Of a stretch of 64,000 bases of DNA, positions 26,638 through 37,011 are shown piece by piece. The notes under the pieces were generated by a model, which searched no databases, was not told the origin of the DNA, and saw only the letters and a list, made by a program, of their open reading frames with translations. Both the position numbers and the translations under genes were made by a program. This DNA is from Enterobacter phage EspM4VN. The stretch's first letter is position 1, and the number at the start of each line of letters is the position of its first letter. The DNA lies in sequence record LC373201.2; one strand, given 5' to 3'.

Positions 26638-27289
26638 ATGGAAAAACTTTATTCTATCATCGTCGGTCCTGATCCTGACGGATTATTCTTCGCGCCGTTG
26701 TCTTATATTGCCCACGCCCGTATCGGCAGCCATTATGCATATTGCACACATGGCCACGACGGTTCCAACGTCCTCCATTATGGTCGTTTTAACGATTTTC
26801 TGGCTCTTCAACCTGAAGATGTTGTGTTGGCGCGTCGCGTGTTCATCGATTTCAACGCGATGCACAACAACGAAATCGACGCTCGCTACCATGCCATGCG
26901 TTCTATGGAAGGGCGAGACTGCATTTACCGTGTCGACCATTTTGGTGAGTTTGCCCAATCGATCGATTGGTTCGTTTCGGACAAGACATTGGGCGACGAC
27001 TCCGTGGGCGCATGCAGAACAACTTCGCGTGTCTACCGATGCGTACAAAGAAGTCGACAATCTGTGCAACAAGTTCCGCATCTCCGTGACCTGTAATCAA
27101 GACCTCGGCGAAGTGGTTCAATGGACGGCGCAGTCTCCTCACTTCAGTGACCTGGTGATGCGAGCTGAAACACGTTCCCGCGCTGTCGTTCAGTTGGTTC
27201 TGTGGGCGTTCTACCAGCGCACCCCATTCTCCTATATGGGGCAGAAAGCGATTGATGAACTCCTGAAGTCTCACGCGGTGGAGGTGTAA
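26638..27289 (+). CDS. hypothetical protein with apparent +1 frame break near 27005-27015
   Basis: Frame of ATG 26638 is protein-like to ..DKTLGDDSVGA then turns Arg/Ser-rich; +1 frame is protein-like from ..HAEQLRVSTDAYKEVDNLC.. to stop 27289; both frames open for about 390 nt. Confidence 0.45.
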
Positions 27290-27290
27290 C

Positions 27291-27740
27291 ATGGGTGGTG
27301 TATGGTGTGATGTCTTGCTGGTTCGCTACAGCATAAATGGGACCACGCAAGTGTGTTCCGCCTTCTATCCAGTTCCATTCTCTTCTGGCGGCCTGACGGT
27401 TCAGCGAGTTCTCGATATTGAAGCAGAACTGAACAAACGATCTTGGGGTGTGCGTGATGTGCAAGTCCTGGGGTACGATCTTCTGAATGAAATGTTGGTT
27501 GAAGAAGACAAAGTTGAGACTGTCATTGGTCGCCCAGAGATGCAGGTCTTGATGAATCTGGCTGGCACCGAAACAACCGAAGTCGAAACGGTGTCTGCGC
27601 CTGTCATACCAACACAGGAACGCCTTAACGCCATCGCCGGATTATTCAAGGATGGTTTTTGTGATGACCGCATGGCTCACGAGATCTATGCCGTCGCACT
27701 GGGCATTGAAGATGCCCAAATGCGTGATAACCGATCATAA
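27291..27740 (+). CDS. hypothetical protein (149 aa)
   Basis: ORF with RBS GGAGGTG. Confidence 0.45.
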   Translation: MGGVWCDVLLVRYSINGTTQVCSAFYPVPFSSGGLTVQRVLDIEAELNKRSWGVRDVQVLGYDLLNEMLVEEDKVETVIGRPEMQVLMNLAGTETTEVETVSAPVIPTQERLNAIAGLFKDGFCDDRMAHEIYAVALGIEDAQMRDNRS

Positions 27741-27832
27741 TTTTTCGCTTTATTCAATATGTTTTGTTAGGTAAGCTGTAGTCCTCTTGTAGTGAACATG
27801 AAAGTAAACATTAACCCAACGGAGAAATCCAG

Positions 27833-28111
27833 ATGAATCGTACTGAATTTGTTGCCCACATTGCTTCGACCCAGAACATCACCAAAGGCGAAGCGGAGAA
27901 AGTAGTGGCATCCTTTATCGACGGCGTTAAAACTGCAGTTGCTGCAGGCGCATCTGTACAGCTGGTCGGCTTCGGCGCGTTCGAAGTGAAGCACCAGGAA
28001 GCTCGTGAAGGTCGTAACCCTCTGAACGGTCAGACCATTCAGATCGAAGCGAAAAACGTTGTGAAATTCAAAGTGGGCGAAGGTCTGAAGAACGCTGCCA
28101 ACGGCAAGTAA
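27833..28111 (+). CDS. HU/IHF-family histone-like DNA-binding protein
   Basis: MNRTEFVAHIAS...VQLVGFGAFEVKHQEAREGRNPLNGQTIQIEAKNVVKFKVG matches the HU consensus. Confidence 0.8.
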   Translation: MNRTEFVAHIASTQNITKGEAEKVVASFIDGVKTAVAAGASVQLVGFGAFEVKHQEAREGRNPLNGQTIQIEAKNVVKFKVGEGLKNAANGK

Positions 28112-28161
28112 TTCAACCTGGTTCGGTCCGACCTCTGCAACGCAGGGGTGTGACAAAAGAG

Positions 28162-28197
28162 AAAGCCGGAGTACAATGCTCCGGCTTTTTCTTTCTT
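28162..28197 (+). terminator. strong rho-independent terminator
   Basis: GAAAGCCGGAG-TACAAT-GCTCCGGCTTT then TTTCTTTCTT. Confidence 0.7.
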
Positions 28198-28240
28198 GGG
28201 AATCGGGTAAACTATAGGCGAATCCCATAGGAGGAAGCAA

Positions 28241-29958
28241 GTGACAGCATTCAATCAATATACCAAGGCGCTTGATGGCGTCGGACCAGTCAGCATAGAC
28301 CGCATCAAGTCTCTTGCCGCTGAGTTCTTCCCATACGACACCGCCAACCCAGGACAGATGGAATGCATCGTTGAAGCCGTGGACGCCCTTTTGAACAAGA
28401 AGGTCAAACACGTGATCATCGAGGCTCCGACTGGTGTGGGTAAATCCTCATCGGCACTACCATTCATAATGTGCTTCGCCATCTGGTTCTTGAGCGCAAT
28501 CCGTATGGCCAGTTCCGCACGTCTATCACGACGCCGACCAAAGGTCTGCAGGATCAGTATGCGGCGGAGAAAGCCGTGGCGATAGACATCCTGAAGGGCA
28601 AGAAGAACTATCGTTGCCATATCAGCCCTGACCTGTACTACAACGCCATCCAGTGCCGTATGGCATGCCGTGACGGCCACTGTAACAAGAATCGTTGCCC
28701 ATATGTTCAGGCTCGTCGCCTGTGGACGGATATCTCTTCCCTGCGCTGCACCAACGCCGCCATGATGGTGGAGATGTGTACGACGATCTGTATGAAGCCC
28801 GAAAACCGCGCCGATATGCTGATCCTTGACGAGTGCCATAAAATGCCCTCTACGCTCCTAGAGCACACGATCATGGAATACAGTATAAATGCTGTAAGGG
28901 GGTTGCTTACAATCCCCGAGGGAGTGCCTATCGTGGAGACCATCACGGATATCGTCAGGCGCACAGAAAACTATGAGCTGGGCAAGCTGTACTCGCTGAC
29001 AGGTGAGATGCATGCGATATTTGACGACCTGCATGAAAAGGTTGAATCCCTGTTGGAAACTCTTGAGGAACTGGTAGAAGACGAGCGCCTGACGGAAGCC
29101 CAGGTGATGAAGCTGTCTGACATCATTGATACTCTTCACAACCTCAGCGACTACTGCGGCATCATGGGGCAAACCAACGCCAGCACCTTCATCGTACAGG
29201 AGAAAGACAAGGGCATGATTCAGTTCAAGCCTGTCATCGCCTCTGACGTGTCCCAGTTCGGCCTGTTCCGCAAAGGCGACTATCATGTTCATATGTCGGC
29301 AACGATCTGTGGGATTGAGTCCTATGCTCGTTCCCTGGGCATCCGTGAGGGTGAGTACCACAAGATTCAAATCGGCAACCCAATCCCGATAGAGAACCGG
29401 AAGGTCAACTACATGCCCATCATGAAGATGACAGCGAACATGGGTGACTACGAGATGAAGAAGCTGGCCGAATACGTGGATGAGATCATCGCATTCCATC
29501 CTGGTCAGTCTGGCATCATTCACACAGTCAGCTACGACCGCGCCCTGGCTCTACAGAAGTTCAGCAAGTACAGGAATATGATTCACGTTCCTCGTACTCG
29601 TAAGGCTCTGATGGATATCATGGAACAAGCGTTCAGGACGAAGACGCCTTGTGTCATCGCCAGTCCGGCTATGGAGGAGGGGTATGACTTCAAAGGCGAT
29701 TACAGTCGCTTCCAGATCCTGATCAAGGTTCCATACGATTACCTTGGTGATCCTCTGGTGGCTCACGTTAACAGTGTGGACCCATCGGCGTACTTCAGGA
29801 TGGCGGTACTGCGTATCGTTCAGATGTGTGGGCGTTCGGTCAGGGGCGTGAATGACTGGGCTGCGACATACATCCTTGATTCTTCTTTTGAATCACTGAT
29901 GATGCGCAACCCAGAGTTCTTCCCCGCTTGGTTCACTGATGCCGTGTTCGAGGTTTAG
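28241..29958 (+). CDS. DinG/XPD-family Fe-S DNA helicase, frame break near 28447
   Basis: GTG start after AGGAGGAAGCAA; Walker A EAPTGVGKSS; four-Cys cluster CHISPDLYYNAIQCRMACRDGHCNKNRC; DEAH-like ILDECH; restoring one C at 28446-28447 joins the two ORFs (28241..28585 and 28471..29958). Confidence 0.6.
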
Positions 29959-30722
29959 TAACCAGCAACGAACGACAGATGGCACTTGACGTTCGGTTCC
30001 AGTGATGTCACAGAAACCGTCATACTGTCCGTATCTTGGCTGAAGTTAATCTCGGCGAGTGGTTTGGTCTGCACATGGTTGTACGTGCTGTAGAACAGAT
30101 CCTCGCCGCGATACCCGACTTTTCCGTCGGTGTCCTGCCAATGGCCCAGTGTCTCATCGTAGACATGCACTCGGAACTCAATCATATGGAAGAGCGCCTT
30201 GGGGATGTCCTTGAGTACGCTGGTGCCAATCACAGGCATCTCAATGGAAGAGTCATTGGAGTTCCCTTCATAGACCGAAGCCCATGCAAAGGTGGGATCT
30301 CCCCCAGCAACAGGGGTTCGCTTCCAGTATTGGAACTCAGGGTTGCCTGAAGTGTTCTTCTGAAGTAGAATGACCTCGCCACCTGTGAAGTTCGTGGTGT
30401 CAATGTCATCTCGCTCAAGTTCATCGGCCGGAGATCCAATAAATTTCCAGCCTTCGCGATCCAGAAGAGACTTATAATAGTCGGTGAACACGTTGCTGTC
30501 TTCTGCGGCGTTGATGGCGTCTTTGAGGCCTTCGCCAGTCACCATCTCGTTGAGACGGAGCCACATGTCTTTGACGGCGGACGCAGCTGCGACCTGCCCA
30601 ACAGTCCCACCTGCAGTGTAATCATAGACGATATCAGTCAGCTTGATAGCGTCATTGATAGACAAGAGCAGTTGCTCAATCTGCGGTGCGGTGAGACTGA
30701 AACGATATGCGCGGGGTGCCAT
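29955..30722 (-). CDS. hypothetical protein (255 aa, minus strand)
   Basis: ORF 29955..30881(-); probable start MAPRAYRF at 30722 with RBS GAGGA. Confidence 0.45.
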   Translation of the reverse strand: MAPRAYRFSLTAPQIEQLLLSINDAIKLTDIVYDYTAGGTVGQVAAASAVKDMWLRLNEMVTGEGLKDAINAAEDSNVFTDYYKSLLDREGWKFIGSPADELERDDIDTTNFTGGEVILLQKNTSGNPEFQYWKRTPVAGGDPTFAWASVYEGNSNDSSIEMPVIGTSVLKDIPKALFHMIEFRVHVYDETLGHWQDTDGKVGYRGEDLFYSTYNHVQTKPLAEINFSQDTDSMTVSVTSLEPNVKCHLSFVAGY

Positions 30723-30767
30723 AGTTTCATTCCTCTTTCTATAAAACCAGTTTGGGATATTTATATC

Positions 30768-31295
30768 ATGATAGAAATTTATTCTGACGGGGGTTCTAAC
30801 CCGAAGACCAACCAGGCCGCAGGCTGGGCATTTGCCATTAAGCCGATGTCGGGTATGCAATGGAAGGTATTCTTCGGTCACCTGCCTCCTCCGTCCACAA
30901 ACAACATCGCCGAATTGTTAGGTGTCACCAATGCATTGAAGCTGCTGTGGGCATTCTCTGGAAAGGGTGAGCGCAGCATACCGGACGTCCGCATCTGGTC
31001 CGATAGCCAATACACCATCAAGAGCGTCACTGAATGGCGAGCGAAGTGGGAGTATCAGGGCTTCCCAGACAAGAACGTTGATCTCATCAAAGATCTGTTC
31101 AGAATCTATGATCTCGTTTGTTCAATTTGTGAAGTTGAACTAAAATGGGTTAAAGGTCATGCGGGTGTTGAAGGTAACGAAATCGCTGACACTTGGGCCA
31201 CCGCCGCCAAGAACGACAGCAACTTCCTGATAGAGAATGAAAGGATCTCTGTGAAGAAAGTTGTTGGATCTTTTGATGAATTTATCGGTATCTGA
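30768..31295 (+). CDS. ribonuclease HI
   Basis: MIEIYSDGGSNPKTNQAAGWAFAI...NIAELLGVTNALK...IWSDSQY...KWVKGHAGVEGNEIADTWA: RNase HI catalytic motif pattern. Confidence 0.8.
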   Translation: MIEIYSDGGSNPKTNQAAGWAFAIKPMSGMQWKVFFGHLPPPSTNNIAELLGVTNALKLLWAFSGKGERSIPDVRIWSDSQYTIKSVTEWRAKWEYQGFPDKNVDLIKDLFRIYDLVCSICEVELKWVKGHAGVEGNEIADTWATAAKNDSNFLIENERISVKKVVGSFDEFIGI

Positions 31296-31306
31296 GGGTT
31301 CCCACA

Positions 31307-32098
31307 ATGGGTATGAATTATGTTGATCGTGGCGAGAATGTCGTCAAATATTTCACGGACGAAGATAACGAGCGTGTCATCAGTATCCTTCGTGATTGGA
31401 TCCCCGCTCGCAAGAAAGCACTTGCCGAGGGCACCAGGCTTCCAAAGATCCCCAACTATGTTGCTCTGCAGGTCCAGCGCATCATCACCAAGATGAGCAC
31501 CCGCTACAACTATCGTGATTATCCCTTCCGCGAAGACATGGTCTCCGAAGCAATCGTCAACATCCTGCGTTACCTCCACACTTTCGACGTCGGCCACATT
31601 GGAAAGAAAGGGAAGATCAACTTCTTCTCTTGGGTGACCATGTGCGCTGATCGATCATTCGCCCGTAAGCTGAACATCGAAGAAGAGCACACGTACATCA
31701 AATTGCGCTCCTTTGAAGAGGCGGGTGGGTTCGCAGGCCTGGCCGACGACCCCGACTTCCAACAAGAAACCTTCGTCGATGCCACAGGGATTGGTATGGA
31801 CTTCCGTGAACGCATCGGCAACTTTGAGAACAAGAAGGACGCTCAAAGACAGAAGGAAAGGGAGAAGGTGGAGACAGCCCGCGCCGCCGAATCGAACAAA
31901 AAGATTGCGAAAGGCATACTTCAATACATGTCCCAGGGTAAGAATACCCCAACAGCACAGGCCGAAGACGATTCAGATCAGGACTTTGGCAAAACCCAAT
32001 TCAATCTGGAAGATGACATCTGTGCGATGGAACCAGATTGGGAAGCCCTCAAACAAAGATCAGAAGAACGGGAGAAAAATAATAATGGCGATTGCTAA
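31307..32098 (+). CDS. 55: late-transcription sigma factor gp55 with acidic C-terminal extension
   Basis: VALQVQRIITKMSTRYNYRDYPFREDMVSEAIVNILRYLHTFD vs T4 gp55 [44 protein letters not shown]; 263 aa vs 185 aa. Confidence 0.75.
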   Translation: MGMNYVDRGENVVKYFTDEDNERVISILRDWIPARKKALAEGTRLPKIPNYVALQVQRIITKMSTRYNYRDYPFREDMVSEAIVNILRYLHTFDVGHIGKKGKINFFSWVTMCADRSFARKLNIEEEHTYIKLRSFEEAGGFAGLADDPDFQQETFVDATGIGMDFRERIGNFENKKDAQRQKEREKVETARAAESNKKIAKGILQYMSQGKNTPTAQAEDDSDQDFGKTQFNLEDDICAMEPDWEALKQRSEEREKNNNGDC

Positions 32099-33200
32099 AA
32101 TAGGCGATCTGCATATCGGGAGCCGTAATGGTTCCCGTTACGTTCGCGACTTCATCAAGAACTATCTCATCAATTACTTCATTCCCGAGCTGGTAGACTC
32201 TGACATCAAAGAGGTCTGGCAGTTTGGCGATACTTTTGATGTCCGCAAATTCATGTACGGGCGTGACAAAGACTGGCTGAAGGATGAGTTCACTCCTGCG
32301 CTGAAAGCCGCTGGTATCAAGTGGAATGGCATTGTAGGCAACCATGACATCACCCTAGAAGAGTCCAACCGCATCAACTGGCCATCCTACCTGAACGAGC
32401 TGGACCCCGATGTGTTCTGCTACTACAGCGAACCGACCGAAGTGATGATCGAGGGCGTGAAGACTCTGCTGCTGCCTTGGATCAACAAGGAGAACTATGA
32501 TGCGTCTATTAAAGCGATACAAGATACAGACGCCGAATACTGTTTTGCGCATCTGGAGCTGGCAGGGTTCAAAATGTACCAGTCTTCTACTTGTGATCAC
32601 GGTCAGATCGACGTTGCGTTGCTTTCCAAGTTTACCAGGGTCGACACGGGGCATTTCCATACCCGTTCGATGGAAGGTAACATTCAATATATTGGGACTC
32701 CGTATCACCTGAACTGGGAAGACTACAAAGACGGCACCAACCGTGGCTTCTATGTAGACGACATGCGCGGCGGCGAAGTGTTCATCCCGAACGCCGAGCA
32801 CCAGACGCTGTTCCGCTATGTGGAATATGATTACACCAAGCTATCTTCAGACAGTGAAGGCAACTGGATCGACCCAGATTGGCTGAACACAGGTTTGGGT
32901 ATTGAAGGGCAAATCGTTAAGGTAATCGTACAGAACCGTGACAATGCCAAGCATTATGAAAAGTTCTGTGATGCCATGAAGCGCTGCAAGTGTATCGACT
33001 ACAACTTCATCGACCGGACGATTACTGTTGCTGCTGAGAAGGTTGAGGTCACCGAAGAGATGGTGGCAACCGATGCAGTGGAAGTCCTGAAGAAGGATAT
33101 CCGCGCTGGCAACAACATCCAACGGCCTGAGAACGTCTGCAAGTTGGCAGAGCACTTCTACAACGCCGCCCAACAACGCCTGAACAAACTGGACGCATAA
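32085..33200 (+). CDS. 47: recombination endonuclease subunit gp47 (Mre11/SbcD-like)
   Basis: MAIAKIGDLHIGS..WQFGDTFD..VGNHD..GHFH phosphoesterase motifs as in T4 gp47; start ATG 32085 overlaps gene 55 stop. Confidence 0.8.
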   Translation: MAIAKIGDLHIGSRNGSRYVRDFIKNYLINYFIPELVDSDIKEVWQFGDTFDVRKFMYGRDKDWLKDEFTPALKAAGIKWNGIVGNHDITLEESNRINWPSYLNELDPDVFCYYSEPTEVMIEGVKTLLLPWINKENYDASIKAIQDTDAEYCFAHLELAGFKMYQSSTCDHGQIDVALLSKFTRVDTGHFHTRSMEGNIQYIGTPYHLNWEDYKDGTNRGFYVDDMRGGEVFIPNAEHQTLFRYVEYDYTKLSSDSEGNWIDPDWLNTGLGIEGQIVKVIVQNRDNAKHYEKFCDAMKRCKCIDYNFIDRTITVAAEKVEVTEEMVATDAVEVLKKDIRAGNNIQRPENVCKLAEHFYNAAQQRLNKLDA

Positions 33201-33202
33201 CC

Positions 33203-35539
33203 ATGACCCAAAGTACAGATATCCTGTCCAAGTTTGGCGCTCTCCTGCAGGAAGCCGATGCTCCTGTTCAGGTTGACGTGCCATTCGAAGTGCGTGACAA
33301 CATCACGCACAAGCTGACCTTCCACAAAGGCCGCGCCAAGAACTTCCGTTCCATCGGCAATCAGTTCATGGAGATCGATTATCAGCGAAACCCGGCCACG
33401 CTCGTCACCTCCGACGATAACGGCGCGGGTAAGTCCACTATGTTGGTATGGCTCCTGTTCTTCGTATTGTACAACGACACGTACAGTAAGAAGGAGAAGA
33501 AGGCAGGCCTGGTGAACTCACAAAGCCGTAAGGAATGTGTGGGTGAGGTCGAATTCTCATGCCGTGGGAGCGAATGGAAGGTGCGCCGTGGCATCAAGCC
33601 TGACTTTGTTGAAGTCTACCAGATGGTGGACGGCAAGTGGATGCAGATCGATAACGAAGCAGCCAAAGCCGACATGAACAAGTACATCGTGAACCTCATC
33701 GGCGTGGACCAGAAGATGTTTGAGAACTCTCTGGTGCTGGGCAAAGAGAAGTTCATTCCGTTCACGGAGATGTACACCGCCGACCGCCGCGCTATGGTAG
33801 AGACGATCTGGGACTTGGGATTCTTCAGCCTGATGAACGAAGATGTCAAGGCTTCCATCAAGAACGCCAACGCCGTACTGGACAGCATCTCTACTGAGTG
33901 TGCACTGAAGGTCGTTGACCATACCAACAAGAAGACGCAGCTGCAGCAGATCGAGCAATCCAACGCCCTGATACAGCAACAGTCAGCCGATATTCTTTTA
34001 CAGCAACAGGAAGCCCTGACGTCCCTGAACGCTGACATCGCTACCCAGAACGAAGAGCGCACCCGCCTCGCTGGCGTGGAGTTCGACGCCACCCAGGAAA
34101 TGAAGACGGTAGAAAGCCGCCTGCATGATGAATCCATGGTAGAGATCGAGGCGATCAAGAAAGATTTTGAAGCCCGAATCCAGTCTGTGAAAGACGCCGC
34201 GCAGGACAAGGCTGACGATTATGAGCGCATCGAAGTGTCTACTGCGGAGCATGATCTCCAAGTCTTGCGTGACCGCGCCTATACCGTGTCTGAAAGCAAG
34301 ATGACATTAGTCAACGAGCGCAATGCAAACATGGACGCTCTGAACGCTGCTATCCAGCGCCGCCAACAGGGTGAAAACTTCCGTATCAAGTTCCAGACCG
34401 AAATGGACGGACATCAGTCGGCGATTAAGCGCTTCCATGACATGGGGACTTGCCCTACGTGCACCCAACTGGTCTCCGATGATACCAAGGCGCGTATTGA
34501 AAGCGAGTACAATCCTCAGATTCAGGATCTACAGGCGAAACTGGATCAGCTGGATAAAGTCACCACCGAAGTCACTGCGCTGATTGATGACCACAAGGCT
34601 CAGGACGACAAGCTGGTTGCTGATATTGCTGTGATCGATGCTGAACTGGATGCAATGCGCAAGCAGGCTGACGAAATCGTTGACAACATCAAGCAGTTGC
34701 GCCGTGATATTCAAGGGTTCCATGATGCCGCCACGATTGAGTGTAACTCTCTGAACCGTGAATGCCAACAGAAGATCCTTGACATCCGCAAGGCGTTGAA
34801 CGTTCGTTTTGAAGACATCACTGCGTCTCTGCAACAGACGCGAGAGAATGCCGTCAGCGGGATTAAAGTCGTTGATGATAAGATCGCCGAGCTGAAAGCC
34901 CGTCGTGCTCCCCTCGTGGCGTCTATTGCCGATCTGGAGCGCAAACTGGCTGTACAGCCGACGCCTACAGCCGATCTAGAGAACGCTATCTCTTCCATTG
35001 AGAGTGAACTGGAGGATCTATACCAGCGCCGCGAAGATGCCGATCAGGAACTCCAGGATCTACAGCACCTGTTATTCTTCCTGAAGGATGACCAGACCAA
35101 GGCGCGCATCATCGCCCTGTACCTGCCATTCCTCAATAGCAAGATCAATGAGTATCTTGAAGCCCTCAACATGTTCTTGGACATCGTTGTTGACGATACC
35201 TTTGAGATCACGATGAGCGCAGCAGGCCGCAAGGGGCAGAGCATCTTCTCCCTGTCTACTGGCCAGCGCAGTCGTCTGAACCTGGCTGTGACACTAGCTC
35301 TGCGCGACGTGGCTAACCTCAAGGCATCAGTGCAATGTAACCTGTTTGTCCTGGATGAAATCCTTGAGAACATGAGCGAGCGCGGGGTGCAGGAATCGGT
35401 TGAGATGCTGAAGCATAAGTTCGGCGGGAACAACCTGTTTGTCATCAGCCAGCGTGAGCAGGAGTTCCAAGAGTACTTCCCTCACAACATCCGCTATGGC
35501 CTGCGCAACGGCCTGACCGAAGTTATCAAGAAGGATTGA
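33203..35539 (+). CDS. 46: recombination endonuclease subunit gp46 (Rad50/SbcC-like ATPase)
   Basis: Walker A NGAGKST, long coiled coil, CPTC zinc hook-like motif, signature SLSTGQRSRL, Walker B LFVLDE. Confidence 0.8.
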   Translation: MTQSTDILSKFGALLQEADAPVQVDVPFEVRDNITHKLTFHKGRAKNFRSIGNQFMEIDYQRNPATLVTSDDNGAGKSTMLVWLLFFVLYNDTYSKKEKKAGLVNSQSRKECVGEVEFSCRGSEWKVRRGIKPDFVEVYQMVDGKWMQIDNEAAKADMNKYIVNLIGVDQKMFENSLVLGKEKFIPFTEMYTADRRAMVETIWDLGFFSLMNEDVKASIKNANAVLDSISTECALKVVDHTNKKTQLQQIEQSNALIQQQSADILLQQQEALTSLNADIATQNEERTRLAGVEFDATQEMKTVESRLHDESMVEIEAIKKDFEARIQSVKDAAQDKADDYERIEVSTAEHDLQVLRDRAYTVSESKMTLVNERNANMDALNAAIQRRQQGENFRIKFQTEMDGHQSAIKRFHDMGTCPTCTQLVSDDTKARIESEYNPQIQDLQAKLDQLDKVTTEVTALIDDHKAQDDKLVADIAVIDAELDAMRKQADEIVDNIKQLRRDIQGFHDAATIECNSLNRECQQKILDIRKALNVRFEDITASLQQTRENAVSGIKVVDDKIAELKARRAPLVASIADLERKLAVQPTPTADLENAISSIESELEDLYQRREDADQELQDLQHLLFFLKDDQTKARIIALYLPFLNSKINEYLEALNMFLDIVVDDTFEITMSAAGRKGQSIFSLSTGQRSRLNLAVTLALRDVANLKASVQCNLFVLDEILENMSERGVQESVEMLKHKFGGNNLFVISQREQEFQEYFPHNIRYGLRNGLTEVIKKD

Positions 35540-35541
35540 TC

Positions 35542-35706
35542 ATGAACTACGAACAAATTAAACTGGCTATTCTGATCTTTGCATGCATCATTGACATCAT
35601 TGCATTTTCTCGTGAAACCGAAAGGAAAAACTACCTGAAAGCACTGGGGTATCTCGGGCTTTCTGTCTGGTTCTGTTATCTACTTGCAGGTCAAATCCTG
35701 AAATGA
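35542..35706 (+). CDS. small membrane protein (54 aa), not in ORF track
   Basis: ATG 35542 after AAGGA; MNYEQIKLAILIFACIIDIIAF...; stop overlaps next start (ATGA). Confidence 0.4.
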   Translation: MNYEQIKLAILIFACIIDIIAFSRETERKNYLKALGYLGLSVWFCYLLAGQILK

Positions 35707-36032
35707 AAGTCGTCCACTTCAAGAAGGAGCCATACGACGTCTACATTGGTCGGCCTGGTAAATGGGGAAACCCGTTCGAGGTCAAAGACCATGGACGAGG
35801 CGTCTGCATCGAACTGTTTGAGGACGACCTGTATGTGCGCCTGATTGAAGGGGATATCACTGAGGATGAACTCCTTGAGCTTGACGGGAAGGTGCTGGGG
35901 TGCTGGTGTAAGCCGCGCCCCTGCCACGGAGATGTTTACGTCAAAGTCATTGGTCGTATTAAACTATTCCGCAAGCTGGGTAAATCCTTTACTGAACACC
36001 TGAGACAAACATATGTCAGAATCAAAAGATGA
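35703..36032 (+). CDS. hypothetical protein (109 aa)
   Basis: ORF; RBS AAGGAG. Confidence 0.45.
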   Translation: MKVVHFKKEPYDVYIGRPGKWGNPFEVKDHGRGVCIELFEDDLYVRLIEGDITEDELLELDGKVLGCWCKPRPCHGDVYVKVIGRIKLFRKLGKSFTEHLRQTYVRIKR

Positions 36033-36297
36033 AATCCAAGACTCCTGTGCCATTGCGGTTGAAACCTGGAACCGCAGGAATCCTCATTACCAGGTGACTG
36101 TCACACCAAATCGCTACCTCGAGCAGGGCGGCCTGATTGTTGTTGATGCTGTGCTTGCGTTCAACAAGTACACTGACATGCAGATCTTGGACGGCAACTT
36201 CACTGTCGCGACCAAGACAGCTTGGGATGATCCCATGGAGTTCGTCTACGGCTGGCTAGAGTGCATCGAGGAATCCTACCACCTCATCTATGAATGA
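36013..36297 (+). CDS. hypothetical protein (94 aa)
   Basis: ORF. Confidence 0.4.
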   Translation: MSESKDEIQDSCAIAVETWNRRNPHYQVTVTPNRYLEQGGLIVVDAVLAFNKYTDMQILDGNFTVATKTAWDDPMEFVYGWLECIEESYHLIYE

Positions 36298-36396
36298 GGC
36301 TAAAGGGCACTAAATACTACGTGCCCTTTATCTTTCAACCCCTGTCAGGAGGCTCAATCGAGCTGCAAGTCGACAAACCACATAAGGAACGCCATC

Positions 36397-37011
36397 ATGA
36401 CGATGACAACGTTGAAGGCCATGGCCTTGTCCGTGACCTTTACCATTGCCAGCGGGAATGTGCACGCTTCCCAAAATACAAGTCAATGTGTTTATGATTT
36501 CTCTGAGCAACAACTTAATACGCTGGCAACTGCCTATCACATAGGCAAGACACAAGACCTTGGTTACACTCTGGCCGCCATATCCTGGCGAGAGAGTCGC
36601 GCTGGTGAAGATGTAGTGTCAATGCGATACGGCCTCAAGGCGGCCAACATGGGAGCCTTTCAGAACAAGGTGAAGACAGTTGGTGATCGCGAAGGTTGTA
36701 AGAATCGCAAGTGCTATGCCAATGTCGCCATCAAGTTGCTGACCGACCAAGAATATGCCGCGCAAGCCGCCCTCGATGAGATGCAGTTCTGGCTGACCTA
36801 TCACAAGCAGAATGTACGCAAATCCCTCTCCTCTTACAATGCTGGCTTCGCCCGTAATCCCGCATCGAACGCCTATGCTGCCGACGTCGTGAAGAAAGCT
36901 AAATATCTTCAGAAATGTGTATCCTTCAAAGGCCGGACCATCTCCGAGGTAGATCCTCAGGTGATCGCCATGAACAAGCGCACAATAGAGAAACTGAAGA
37001 GGACAAGATAA
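36397..37011 (+). CDS. secreted SLT-domain lytic transglycosylase-like protein
   Basis: Signal peptide MTMTTLKAMALSVTFTIASGNVHA; AAISWRESRAGEDVV resembles the SLT catalytic Glu-Ser motif. Confidence 0.5.
   Translation: MTMTTLKAMALSVTFTIASGNVHASQNTSQCVYDFSEQQLNTLATAYHIGKTQDLGYTLAAISWRESRAGEDVVSMRYGLKAANMGAFQNKVKTVGDREGCKNRKCYANVAIKLLTDQEYAAQAALDEMQFWLTYHKQNVRKSLSSYNAGFARNPASNAYAADVVKKAKYLQKCVSFKGRTISEVDPQVIAMNKRTIEKLKRTR

Noticed and set aside
26623-27096. Two separate overlapping genes to explain ORFs 26623..27096 and 26708..27289
   Set aside because: Each frame is protein-like over only one half (N-terminal in one frame, C-terminal in the other), with junk-like composition in the remainder. 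A single gene with one frame break fits better than a 390-nt dual-coding overlap.
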